The position numbers and the translations under genes are program-made. The notes under the pieces were generated by a model that saw only the letters and a program-made list of their open reading frames with translations, did not search any database and had not been told where the DNA came from. From the IMG/VR virus record IMGVR_UViG_3300025808_000004, positions 1 through 60,558 of that record: a DNA stretch of 60,558 nucleotides, one strand, 5' to 3'. This DNA is from a virus. Its lineage: Duplodnaviria > Caudoviricetes. Shown piece after piece: positions 10,689-19,065 of the stretch (its first letter is position 1; each line of letters opens with the position of its first letter).

Positions 10689-11022
10689 TTTTCACTCCCC
10701 GTTCCGTTTCTGCCTTCTTTCGTCTGAACTCCAGAAGGGCATGGTCCAAGTTTTTGACGTGATAGGTTACATCATCTGCCAGTTCTCCGTAAATGTTCTC
10801 ATCCTGGCAGTAGGCTCGGATCGCTGAACCCGGTATATAGCCATCTGTCCGTTCAGAGCACAACTCCTGAAAGATTTTGTAGAAGAAACCCAAGCCAAGG
10901 GGTATTTCAGGAGCATTCGCGATGGGGTCAGGTAGCGGTTGGTTCGACCTCATTGCGATTTTGATAATCTGCTCTTCGACTGGTCCCTGTTCTAACTGGT
11001 AGATCAGGAACTGCTGTAGTCG
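10681..11022 (-). CDS. tail assembly chaperone C-terminal extension (lambda T-like), read through a -1 frameshift
   Basis: The frame is open from the GGGAAAC site (KRLQQFLIYQLEQGPVEEQIIKIA) into ORF 10681..10953 (MRSNQPLPDPIANAPE...). Confidence 0.8.
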   Translation of the reverse strand, partial: RLQQFLIYQLEQGPVEEQIIKIAMRSNQPLPDPIANAPEIPLGLGFFYKIFQELCSERTDGYIPGSAIRAYCQDENIYGELADDVTYHVKNLDHALLEFRRKKAETERGVKNG

Positions 11023-11504
11023 TTTCCCTCCTCTTCCCGGCGGGTTTGGAGGAACAACGCTTCCTTGCCAGACTGGACCCGCAGGTCATGATAGAGGTTT
11101 TGGATTTCGTTGTGCTGAAGGACCTGCAGCACATTCTCCCAGCTGAAAGCCAGGAGGTCGCCGGTGTCAGGGTCTTCCAAGCCCGGCTTCCAGTCCTTGC
11201 CGTCAGCGTCAGGGAGCCCGTCGGCATCGACCAGAACTTCCCAATTCAGAACGATCGTCTTCGCCATCGCTTCCTTCATGATCTTTTCCGAGATTTTGCC
11301 GTCAAGGGTCTCGAGTTGGATGGCACGGCGGTATGGCTTCGTCAGACTCTCCAGAATGCGCTCATAGGCCTTGTTGGAACCGCCAGCACGGGCGATAGTC
11401 ACACGGAACGAGCCATAATCGAGGATCACGCCTTCCTGTTCAGCACTGATGTCAGATCGGAAGGAACCATAGCCACCCTTCCGCTGTTTCTTTGTCACTT
11501 TCAT
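11004..11504 (-). CDS. tail assembly chaperone (lambda G-like)
   Basis: EQEGVILDYG..RVTIARAGGSNKAY; lies between the major tail and tape measure genes and ends with a slippery site. Confidence 0.85.
   Translation of the reverse strand: MKVTKKQRKGGYGSFRSDISAEQEGVILDYGSFRVTIARAGGSNKAYERILESLTKPYRRAIQLETLDGKISEKIMKEAMAKTIVLNWEVLVDADGLPDADGKDWKPGLEDPDTGDLLAFSWENVLQVLQHNEIQNLYHDLRVQSGKEALFLQTRREEEGNDYSSS
11022..11028 (-). promoter_or_regulatory. -1 programmed ribosomal frameshift site G GGA AAC
   Basis: Canonical X XXY YYZ heptamer in frame near the end of the chaperone gene; the -1 frame joins the downstream ORF. Confidence 0.85.
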
Positions 11505-11584
11505 CTTATGCTCCTCAGCATTTGCGTTTACTGCTATTCCCGGATTGCCGTCGCTTTATAGCTAGTGCTTGGCATTGGAGGTTC

Positions 11585-13099
11585 TTAGGCCTCTGCTGCA
11601 TCCGGAAGGTAGTCATAGAAGCTCATGACGATGGTGTGAGCCAAATTGGAGTTCACGTCCTCGCCATCAGCGGCCATCAAGCCCAGCGGAATGGTCACCG
11701 CCTGGTTCAGTTCCACGTTCAGTTTGCCATCGTCAAGGGACAGCAGTGGCAGATCGAAGGACAACCCGGCGTTGTCCTTGACCACACAGATGTCAATAGT
11801 GACGTCTGAGTTATCACGCAGGGCCTGGAGCGCTGACATGTTCTGGAAGTAGGCAGTAATGTTTCCGCCGACTTCAAGGGTGCCTGCAGTTGCTTCAAAG
11901 GCACCGAGGGTCCCGACGGCCTTGTTCATGGTGATGTTGTTGTTGATGGTCAGCCGTGCCTCCGTCACATAGGCAAACATGGCATCTACATATTCGTTTG
12001 TGCTGGAGCAAAGCCCCATACGAATACGCGTCACGTGGGTCGAGGTATTGAATGCCTTGGCCGGGCCCAGCGACGGCCGGGTGCCGACTTTGACGCCAGT
12101 TGTGCCATCATGGGTCTCGTAGTCTGTGCCCATGAAAGACATGTCCACCATAATCTTGTCCGCGGTATCGATCGCCATTGTCATTTCACTGGGGACAGCC
12201 CCGATAATGTATTCTGCCTGCACTTCAGCCGGCAGAGCATCGTCTGGAGCACCCAAGGTCCGTTCCAACTGGTAAGTCGTGCGGGTGATTGCAGCGCCTT
12301 CCTGGTTCTTCAGGGTACGACCGAAGAAGATTTGGATCGTCTTGCCAGACCCGAGGTCTGTAACCATCACCCCGGACGCCTTGTCCAGCGTGACCGAATT
12401 GGCTCCGTCAGTACTCCGGACTCGGCACCAGCCGTTGTTCGTGGTGGTATTGAAGGTCATCGGAGCAGAGTCACCACCGATATAAACCAGCTCGCCATCC
12501 ACCAAACCGAGTTGGGTCAAGTCCTTGGTGGTGGTTTTGATGACTGGCAGCGTGCCAGCAGCGTTGATTTCACAGTCACCAGTCGCAAACTGATGGCCCA
12601 CACGAACGACTTTGGCGCCTGCCGGGGGTGAGGCCTCAATGGTCAGGCCAGCTGCAGAAATGGTGGTGCCAGTTACGGCGGTCACCAACTTGAGGCCGTT
12701 GTTGCCCGTGATTGCAAAGCCCGAAGCAAAGATCAGGTCATTGACCAGGAAGTCCGAGGCACTGGGAACCGTATAGAGGAGGCCCGAGACTGCCGAGGGG
12801 ACCTGACGACCTTTTTCTTCGAACTGGTCAAAGATGAAACCTTGGAACAAGTCCTGGATATTCGTCTGGGTCAGGTCGATGTTGAACCCGCCGGCGCTGT
12901 CCAGGTCAGTCAGCACGCCCTTGTAACGGGAACGCTTGCTGTTGATCGGAGCACGCGCCACCTTCGTGAAGCTGCCACCGAAGTCGCTGTAACTGTTCGG
13001 GTCAAGTGGATACCAGACAGTGCCTGCAACGCCAATGGAACTTTCAACGCAGTAACGGAGTCCCGTCACATTGCTGTCGATCTTGCTGACTTGTGCCAT
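11585..13099 (-). CDS. major tail tube protein
   Basis: 504 aa, beta-rich; KIDSNVTGLRY, YSDFGG, R.PIN..R...KG..TDLD resemble YuA/M6-like tail tubes; position in the tail module. Confidence 0.82.
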   Translation of the reverse strand: MAQVSKIDSNVTGLRYCVESSIGVAGTVWYPLDPNSYSDFGGSFTKVARAPINSKRSRYKGVLTDLDSAGGFNIDLTQTNIQDLFQGFIFDQFEEKGRQVPSAVSGLLYTVPSASDFLVNDLIFASGFAITGNNGLKLVTAVTGTTISAAGLTIEASPPAGAKVVRVGHQFATGDCEINAAGTLPVIKTTTKDLTQLGLVDGELVYIGGDSAPMTFNTTTNNGWCRVRSTDGANSVTLDKASGVMVTDLGSGKTIQIFFGRTLKNQEGAAITRTTYQLERTLGAPDDALPAEVQAEYIIGAVPSEMTMAIDTADKIMVDMSFMGTDYETHDGTTGVKVGTRPSLGPAKAFNTSTHVTRIRMGLCSSTNEYVDAMFAYVTEARLTINNNITMNKAVGTLGAFEATAGTLEVGGNITAYFQNMSALQALRDNSDVTIDICVVKDNAGLSFDLPLLSLDDGKLNVELNQAVTIPLGLMAADGEDVNSNLAHTIVMSFYDYLPDAAEA

Positions 13100-13110
13100 G
13101 GATGGCCCCC

Positions 13111-13539
13111 TTATCTGATTTGGTCATACTCAAAATCCGCACAAACGCTCGTAACGCGGAAGGACCCGGATTTGCCGTCCTCCACTGCACGGACATTCCT
13201 GAAGATGACCCCACCAGTTGTGGTCACCCCTTCAAGGGCGTCATGCACGATTGTAGCAAGTTCGTCAGCCAGCGTAAACCCGTCTCCTTCAGGGGTGTGC
13301 ACCAGCACTTCGAGATACCCATAGCGGCGAAACGTCCGATTGCCAATGGGGCCCATTGTTGCTTGGCCTCCAGTGACATGGTAGACGCCCACAGTAGCAT
13401 AGGGTGTTTTAGTTTTCGGCCGGGATTTGCTGTCATCGTCTTCCCAAATCACAGTAAACCCTGCCGAGTAACCAATAAGGGCGGCGTTCACTATGTCAAG
13501 CATATCATCCCGTGCTTGTGCTCGTGTAAGGTTAGACAT
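13111..13539 (-). CDS. tail terminator protein
   Basis: 142 aa just before the tail tube gene; FRRYG.LEVLVHTP.G.G motif. Confidence 0.7.
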   Translation of the reverse strand: MSNLTRAQARDDMLDIVNAALIGYSAGFTVIWEDDDSKSRPKTKTPYATVGVYHVTGGQATMGPIGNRTFRRYGYLEVLVHTPEGDGFTLADELATIVHDALEGVTTTGGVIFRNVRAVEDGKSGSFRVTSVCADFEYDQIR

Positions 13540-13542
13540 GAG

Positions 13543-13932
13543 TCACCTCGCCACGTATAGAATATAGATAACGCGGGTATTGCCGGGTTCCACAATTTCC
13601 ACGTTCTCAATGCTCCAGACATGCCCAGACGTGTCTGTCAAGTCGGTGGCAGTAGTAAGGTCAACGGTGGAAAACTGCAGAGTTCCAGCGGTGTTAATCT
13701 CAGCAATAATGAAACGGGAGTGGCTCAGACGCCAAGTAGCGTCTTTGTCTTCCTCTTCCTTGTAGTCATACTGGACTGCCAATACCGTCACCGGAGTGGT
13801 ACCAGTCGAGCCACGCCATGGCTTTGCTGTGTCCCGCTGCGGAGTGGCAGTACGGGCGGTGACCACCATTGAAGCGCCATGCTTAGCGATCAGACGACTA
13901 GCAGTTTTCTGAAGACGGGCAGAAAGGCTCAA
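13543..13932 (-). CDS. head closure / stopper protein
   Basis: A.RLIAKHG...KPW...W.I..VE.VEPG...IY.L pattern; position after the adaptor. Confidence 0.6.
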   Translation of the reverse strand: MSLSARLQKTASRLIAKHGASMVVTARTATPQRDTAKPWRGSTGTTPVTVLAVQYDYKEEEDKDATWRLSHSRFIIAEINTAGTLQFSTVDLTTATDLTDTSGHVWSIENVEIVEPGNTRVIYILYVAR

Positions 13933-14504
13933 CGACTTACCCCCTTCGTACTCTTGATGAACGGACTGACAAGGAAGTCTGCCTCGGGATACTGGACAAC
14001 CCTGTCAGCATCGACCAGGAATGAACCTGAGCCCACTCGGGAAGCATGAACTCCGCCTGTCGAGTAGTAGGTCTCTTCGTATATGGGGCCAACTTTTTCG
14101 ACCTTGCGGTTGATGCGGCCGAATGGAACGGGCGCACCATCGGCGATCGGATAAACCGTTTCAGGGATCAGCGGACTGACAAGTGCTTGAACGGCATATT
14201 CTGCACAGGCCAGGGCAATCTGGACTGGCACTTGGTCAACCAGTTCGGTGCCAAGTTTGTCATAGACATACCGACGGGGCCACCCAAGGGCTTGGGCAGA
14301 CGAGGAAATCAAACCCTTCCACTTCATACCGAACCTTTTCTCCATATACCGGGTTGCCTTGACAATGGCAATCTCTTTGGTAGGAGTGGCTACCGAGGTC
14401 CAAGTCGTGTTGGCCGAGGCTGTGAAATAGATGTCGGCGTCTGCCACAGAGATGTAGGCGTCCGCTGCAACCAGGCCAGTACCATCTTCGACTGTGAGGG
14501 CCAT
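13929..14504 (-). CDS. head-tail adaptor (DnaT-like domain family)
   Basis: MALTVEDGTG..ADAYISVADAD.Y, QAL.WPR, EKVGPI. Confidence 0.75.
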   Translation of the reverse strand: MALTVEDGTGLVAADAYISVADADIYFTASANTTWTSVATPTKEIAIVKATRYMEKRFGMKWKGLISSSAQALGWPRRYVYDKLGTELVDQVPVQIALACAEYAVQALVSPLIPETVYPIADGAPVPFGRINRKVEKVGPIYEETYYSTGGVHASRVGSGSFLVDADRVVQYPEADFLVSPFIKSTKGVSR

Positions 14505-14615
14505 CGATCAATCCTCTTCAGCTTCCTGAGCGGCTAAACACCCCAAATGCCGCTGCTGTGCGTGATAAAGGACTGCAGAGCTTTTCAGAGATGCAGTCCT
14601 AGTTGCCATGGTCTG

Positions 14616-15299
14616 TTACCCCTGGTTGCTGAATAAATCTGGCGTGCGATGGCCCTGGTTGGCACGGCGAGCTTTCAGGGCCATGTCGATCGGCGAAGAC
14701 GCCTGGCTCAGCGTCACCCCACGGGCAGCAGCTCGCTTCTCATGTTCGCTGTGCTGAAACTGCTGAATGGCAACTGCGGCGCTCAGGGGCGGGAAAGCCT
14801 GGTTCTTGGCGTTGACGGCATTGGCCAAGTCCTGCTCGGCTTCAGCCAGCATCAGCTTGCCCTTTTCCAGGCCACGCTGAATGGCGCTCACGCGATCCTG
14901 CGCTTCCTGGACTGCCTCGTCCATCTCAGCCTCTTCGTCACCCGGGCCTTCTGCGAGAGGATCGAAGTCATCATCAGGCCCGCTGGCACCTGCCGTGGCC
15001 TCGTCGGTCTCTTCCTGGTCGCCAAGGAACAGCGGATCAGTATCCAAATCGAATGCGTTGTCAGCGTCCATGCCCGTGGGGCCCGCCGTTTCTTCATCGT
15101 GGGCTTCGTCGACCAGAGACTGTGCATGTCCCCGATTGAAGTCAGGAGCGGCATTGGTCACCTGTTTGCGGGTCACGCTCGCCCCAAGCAGGTTTTCGAC
15201 AGCGTCCAGACGAGGCAGACCATCAGTGGTCCAATGGTCATCGTTTGCCGGGGAGAGGCCCATTACGGCCTCTAGAATTTCTTCATTCGTCTTTGCCAT
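14616..15299 (-). CDS. conserved acidic virion-module protein
   Basis: N-terminal L.P.NDDHWT.DGLPRLDAVE..LG..VTRKQV domain, acidic linker, coiled coil; upstream GAGGAG RBS. Confidence 0.6.
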   Translation of the reverse strand: MAKTNEEILEAVMGLSPANDDHWTTDGLPRLDAVENLLGASVTRKQVTNAAPDFNRGHAQSLVDEAHDEETAGPTGMDADNAFDLDTDPLFLGDQEETDEATAGASGPDDDFDPLAEGPGDEEAEMDEAVQEAQDRVSAIQRGLEKGKLMLAEAEQDLANAVNAKNQAFPPLSAAVAIQQFQHSEHEKRAAARGVTLSQASSPIDMALKARRANQGHRTPDLFSNQG

Positions 15300-15353
15300 T
15301 CAATTGCTCCTCAGGGTTAGGTAGGGCCCGCCTAAGCGAGCCCTGTAGGTAGG

Positions 15354-15869
15354 TCAGTCGTCGCCAAGGACGATGAATACGAGATCCACAGTGCCAGTCA
15401 CAGTCACCACGACACTCTGTGCATTGGTCACCGTGTCCGCGTTGAGGGTGACATTGAGGTTCACCTCCAGCGACCCGTCGGTGTTGTTGAGGATAGCCTG
15501 CGCAGCGTTCATTGCCCGCACGTTGGCAATGATCTCATTGGTGGCAGCCGGAATGGCAGTCGAGGCAATCAGGTCCACCTCGGTGCCGTTCAGGGTAACA
15601 TCTGCCGTGGCCGAGGTGCCAATGGCATAGGTCCCCTGGAAGTTGTCAGCAAGGTTCACAGACGTCGGACCCGTGAACGTCAGGTTGGAAACACCACCCA
15701 GATAGAGCAGGTTGCCCTCAGGCAGAAGGTCGATGATCGCCGTGGCAAAAACTGCTACGCCAGTCGAGCCAGTAAACGTCAGGGCCTCACTCAGCGCAAG
15801 CTTGATGTGGACCACGTCTTTCGTCGCTTTGGGGCCCCGCGACAGGGAACGTTGCAGACCTTTGGTCAT
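15354..15869 (-). CDS. virion structural protein (probable capsid decoration)
   Basis: Beta-rich 171 aa directly downstream of the capsid gene; AAGGA RBS. Confidence 0.6.
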   Translation of the reverse strand: MTKGLQRSLSRGPKATKDVVHIKLALSEALTFTGSTGVAVFATAIIDLLPEGNLLYLGGVSNLTFTGPTSVNLADNFQGTYAIGTSATADVTLNGTEVDLIASTAIPAATNEIIANVRAMNAAQAILNNTDGSLEVNLNVTLNADTVTNAQSVVVTVTGTVDLVFIVLGDD

Positions 15870-15894
15870 AGCCTTATCCTTTCAGAAGCTTGTT

Positions 15895-15922
15895 GTGAAA
15901 AGGGGCAGCTTAGGCTGCCCCT
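15895..15922 (-). terminator. rho-independent terminator after the major capsid gene
   Basis: Minus strand AGGGGCAGCCTAAGCTGCCCCT followed by TTT. Confidence 0.7.
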
Positions 15923-15930
15923 CAGTTCGA

Positions 15931-16980
15931 TCAGCTTTCGCGAGTGATGAGCCGCGCGACTTTGATCTGCTTCCGTTCGGTGAAGACCCGCTGCCAGGAG
16001 GTCGCGGCTGCCAAGTTGTTGGTCGTCGCCGCGTTAGTCGGGCCACCTGAAGGGGACGTGCCGACATAGGCGTGGCCGACCGGATGGAGGCACCACTGGA
16101 CCCGGTCATACATGATTTCCTGGCCACCGCCGTCGCCGGCCGAGGGCAGGCGATCGGTTTCAAAGGGCGTCTCCGGCGTGCCGACGCCATAGCGCACCGC
16201 ACCACCGCCGAACAACCAGGTGTGGTAGATGCCTGCAGCGGTCTGGGCAGCGCCCGTGCCGGCCGGGTTGGGCAGCCCATCATCCACGATCACACGACGG
16301 CCAAGGAACGTGGGGATATTGACCACACCATTGGCATCGGGGATGAAGTCAATCAGGTTGTTCTTCTGCGCACGGGCATAGACAATCGAGTGCATGAAGC
16401 ACATGCCCAGTGCCTCTGCGCTGTCGCCCATGGTCACGGCGGTGTCGATGAACGCCTCGGCCGAGAAGTCGGTCACACTAGCTGAGTAGGCACCACCCGA
16501 GATGTCATTGGTCAGGTCGTTCTGCACGTGCTCTGTGCCCGTCGGGGCAGCAGCGTTGTCCGCGAAGACGCCCTGCATGGTGGCGATGAACATCGCTTGC
16601 AGGCGCCGCGTCCAGTAGTAGCCCACACGATTGCCGATGGCAGTCATGGGCTTGGAACCAGCAAGGTCGGCCGCGAGGTCCATGGCACTCCAGGACTGGT
16701 TGCGGTTCAGGCGGACAGAGATTTCCGTCAGGGTACTGATTTTCTTGGGCACCGAGAAGCTGGCGTCGTTGTCCGTCGAGGTGTTTTCCTCGTCGTTGTC
16801 CAGGTCTTTCCACGATGGCGTGTTGAAGGTCAAACCGCCGCCATTCAGCAAGGCATCGATGGACTCGTCCCTCGCCACGACGCCTGACTGGATCAGCGCG
16901 GACTTCTGCTCGGTGACAAGCTGCTTGTAGGGGGTGTAAATTTCAGGGACAACCACGTCCGCGATTTTGGTGACAGCCAT
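15931..16980 (-). CDS. major capsid protein
   Basis: 349 aa; TKIADVVVPEIY, SALIQSG, F..P.WKDL, WSAMDLA..LAGS.PM.AI, MHSIVY; AAGGAG RBS; strong codon bias. Confidence 0.9.
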   Translation of the reverse strand: MAVTKIADVVVPEIYTPYKQLVTEQKSALIQSGVVARDESIDALLNGGGLTFNTPSWKDLDNDEENTSTDNDASFSVPKKISTLTEISVRLNRNQSWSAMDLAADLAGSKPMTAIGNRVGYYWTRRLQAMFIATMQGVFADNAAAPTGTEHVQNDLTNDISGGAYSASVTDFSAEAFIDTAVTMGDSAEALGMCFMHSIVYARAQKNNLIDFIPDANGVVNIPTFLGRRVIVDDGLPNPAGTGAAQTAAGIYHTWLFGGGAVRYGVGTPETPFETDRLPSAGDGGGQEIMYDRVQWCLHPVGHAYVGTSPSGGPTNAATTNNLAAATSWQRVFTERKQIKVARLITRES

Positions 16981-17026
16981 GGGAAAGCTCCTTTTGATGG
17001 CTCTGATCTGATGGAGGGTATCTGAC

Positions 17027-17121
17027 CTGAGCCAAGCACCATGGCTAGCTCGGCAGGACGAAGCTTTTAGGGCCCATGCCCAGCCTGCTTAAATAGAAGC
17101 ACACGAGCCATGCCCGTGTGC
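17027..17121 (-). promoter_or_regulatory. structured capsid mRNA leader with three AUG(G)-loop hairpins
   Basis: GCACACGGGC-AUG-GCUCGUGUGC; GGGC-AUGG-GCCC; GAGCUAGC-CAUGGU-GCUUGGCUC. Confidence 0.55.
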
Positions 17122-17168
17122 CCTTGGATTTTGAATATGACGCGGGTTACCGGTGCCGTAAGCCAGCG

Positions 17169-18005
17169 TTAGCCGGTTGCCGTCGGTGCAGTGGCCCCAA
17201 TGCGCGAGCCCGCGGCCTTAGCCATCCGCTCGGCTTTTGCCCGGTCAATCCGGACCATCGCGCCCTGAGCGTCAATGTCCCAGGTCTTGGCACCCCAAGG
17301 GTTTGTCCCCAAACCACTGACGCCGTCCTTGCCGCCGCCAGCACCACCACCCTGAGAAGCAGGCCACCAGTGGGGTTTCTTTTCTTTCATGTCTGCCAGC
17401 CACACATCTGGTGTAGTGCCATCCTGCAGTCCACGGGCCCCAGGCTTGGCAACGATTTCGCCATCCTCGGCGATTTCGAACAGGTGCGTGGCCATGAAAA
17501 TCACGTCATCCATCGCTGTCGACACGACCTTTTCATTGGTGGCCAGATCACGGAGACAGCTTTCGATGGTGCCGCGGTTGATCGTGCCTTTCAATTCGCC
17601 GTTGGCCGCTTCCAGTTCCTGGTTGCGCGACCTAAGCTGGTCACGCTCACGCTCGATGGGACGAAGTTGCCGGTTGACACGGGTTTCCACCAGTTCTTCC
17701 AGCTTCTTGTCATCGACCTTGCCGCCCTCACCAGCGGCAATACGGGCGCGCAAGTCTTCCAGTTCGTCGAGGTCCAGGAGCATCTGGTCAATATCCACAT
17801 CATCGCCGCCCAGCTTCGCCAGCCGATCTTTGGTCTTCTTATGGTCATCCCGCTCTTTGCGCAATGACGCCTGGAGTTTGGTGACATCATCCGAGGTCTT
17901 CATACCTTTGATGCCAATCAGGTGCCATTTGCCGTCTTTCTCGGTGTAGAGGCTTTCGAACCCGGATGGGATTTCATCAGCAGAATTGTAGATCAGTTCA
18001 AGCAT
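17169..18005 (-). CDS. capsid scaffolding protein
   Basis: Start moved to ATG 18005 (GAGGAG RBS); LY.EKDGK, coiled coil, KPHWWP.SQGGGAGG, NPW motifs; lies upstream of the capsid gene. Confidence 0.82.
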   Translation of the reverse strand: MLELIYNSADEIPSGFESLYTEKDGKWHLIGIKGMKTSDDVTKLQASLRKERDDHKKTKDRLAKLGGDDVDIDQMLLDLDELEDLRARIAAGEGGKVDDKKLEELVETRVNRQLRPIERERDQLRSRNQELEAANGELKGTINRGTIESCLRDLATNEKVVSTAMDDVIFMATHLFEIAEDGEIVAKPGARGLQDGTTPDVWLADMKEKKPHWWPASQGGGAGGGKDGVSGLGTNPWGAKTWDIDAQGAMVRIDRAKAERMAKAAGSRIGATAPTATG

Positions 18006-18021
18006 AGTAAGCTCCTCAATT

Positions 18022-18048
18022 AAGCGCCATGCGCTTTGCCCCATGGGC
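18022..18048 (-). promoter_or_regulatory. two AUG-loop hairpins directly upstream of the scaffold RBS
   Basis: GCCC-AUG-GGGC and AAGCGC-AUG-GCGCUU. Confidence 0.55.
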
Positions 18049-18051
18049 GGT

Positions 18052-19065
18052 TCACTGGAATGGGACATCCATTCTAGCTGCTTCGAAGATGTGGCGCTCA
18101 CGCATTGCCATTTGCTTCAAATCCAATCCTCGCCAGGCGGGTTCGCGGAACCCTTCCACTGCGAGTGTCCCCGCCCGGAACGCAGCTCCTTGGCGGGGCC
18201 CCAAAACCTCGTCCTGATCCCGAGCGGAAAGTCGATTGAGCCATTCTCGGTAACTTGGAAGGAATGGGGTCCGCTTGCCGACCAGTGGAACACGGGTTGA
18301 TCGACAATACCAGTGGAGAGGAGGTCTGGGTCCCTGCCCAGCCTCAAAAGTCCTCCCATGAAGGCCAGTACAGAGCTTTGTTGTTCTGGAGTCAAGGATG
18401 GCGACGTAAATCTCCCGGCCTGTGAGAGCATTTTCTGTGTCGATCTGCACCCGTGCCAAGTCAGCAAAGACGTCCGTGGCTGTTCTCACCAGGGTGTCAA
18501 GCTCGCGGCGAGTAGCCTCAACGGCTCCTCCGATGCCACCTAGAGCGCTTTGGCCCAAAAGCCGAGCACGTAAGGCAGCCTCGTTCTCACCGAGACGCAC
18601 ACCAAAGTTCAGGCCCAGCTTAAGGCGCTGCATATCATTGTTGAAAAGGCGCTCCTGCCACTGATCCATAGTATTGCCCATGACACTGGGAGTGCCCGAC
18701 ACGATTGTCGAGGGCTGAACCATTTGGCCCATTGCCCGCAGCATGGCAGTATAGAATTGGGCCTCGTAAGCTTGGGCCTGACCCAGGTTAGCAGACAACC
18801 TGTTAAAGGCCATCACGAACCCCTCGTTTCGCACTACGCGCATGCGCTGAACTTGGGTTTGGATGAAAGCTGCCCCACGAGTATCATCCAGGCGTAAACC
18901 CCCAACGGAAGTAATATAAGCTGCCACTGCTGCGGCAATGGCACCCACCTCCGCTTCCGTTTCATCGAGCTCCCGTTGGGCTTGCACCTGGTAAGGAATA
19001 GACAGTTGCATCAGGCGAACCTGGTGCATAACCATCCAATCCAATAGAGTGTCGAATGTCTCCAT
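18052..19065 (-). CDS. minor head morphogenesis protein (SPP1 gp7 / Mu gpF-like)
   Basis: YVAILDSRTTKLC.GLHG...RPPLHWYCRST; QDEVLG. Confidence 0.85.
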   Translation of the reverse strand: METFDTLLDWMVMHQVRLMQLSIPYQVQAQRELDETEAEVGAIAAAVAAYITSVGGLRLDDTRGAAFIQTQVQRMRVVRNEGFVMAFNRLSANLGQAQAYEAQFYTAMLRAMGQMVQPSTIVSGTPSVMGNTMDQWQERLFNNDMQRLKLGLNFGVRLGENEAALRARLLGQSALGGIGGAVEATRRELDTLVRTATDVFADLARVQIDTENALTGREIYVAILDSRTTKLCTGLHGRTFEAGQGPRPPLHWYCRSTRVPLVGKRTPFLPSYREWLNRLSARDQDEVLGPRQGAAFRAGTLAVEGFREPAWRGLDLKQMAMRERHIFEAARMDVPFQ

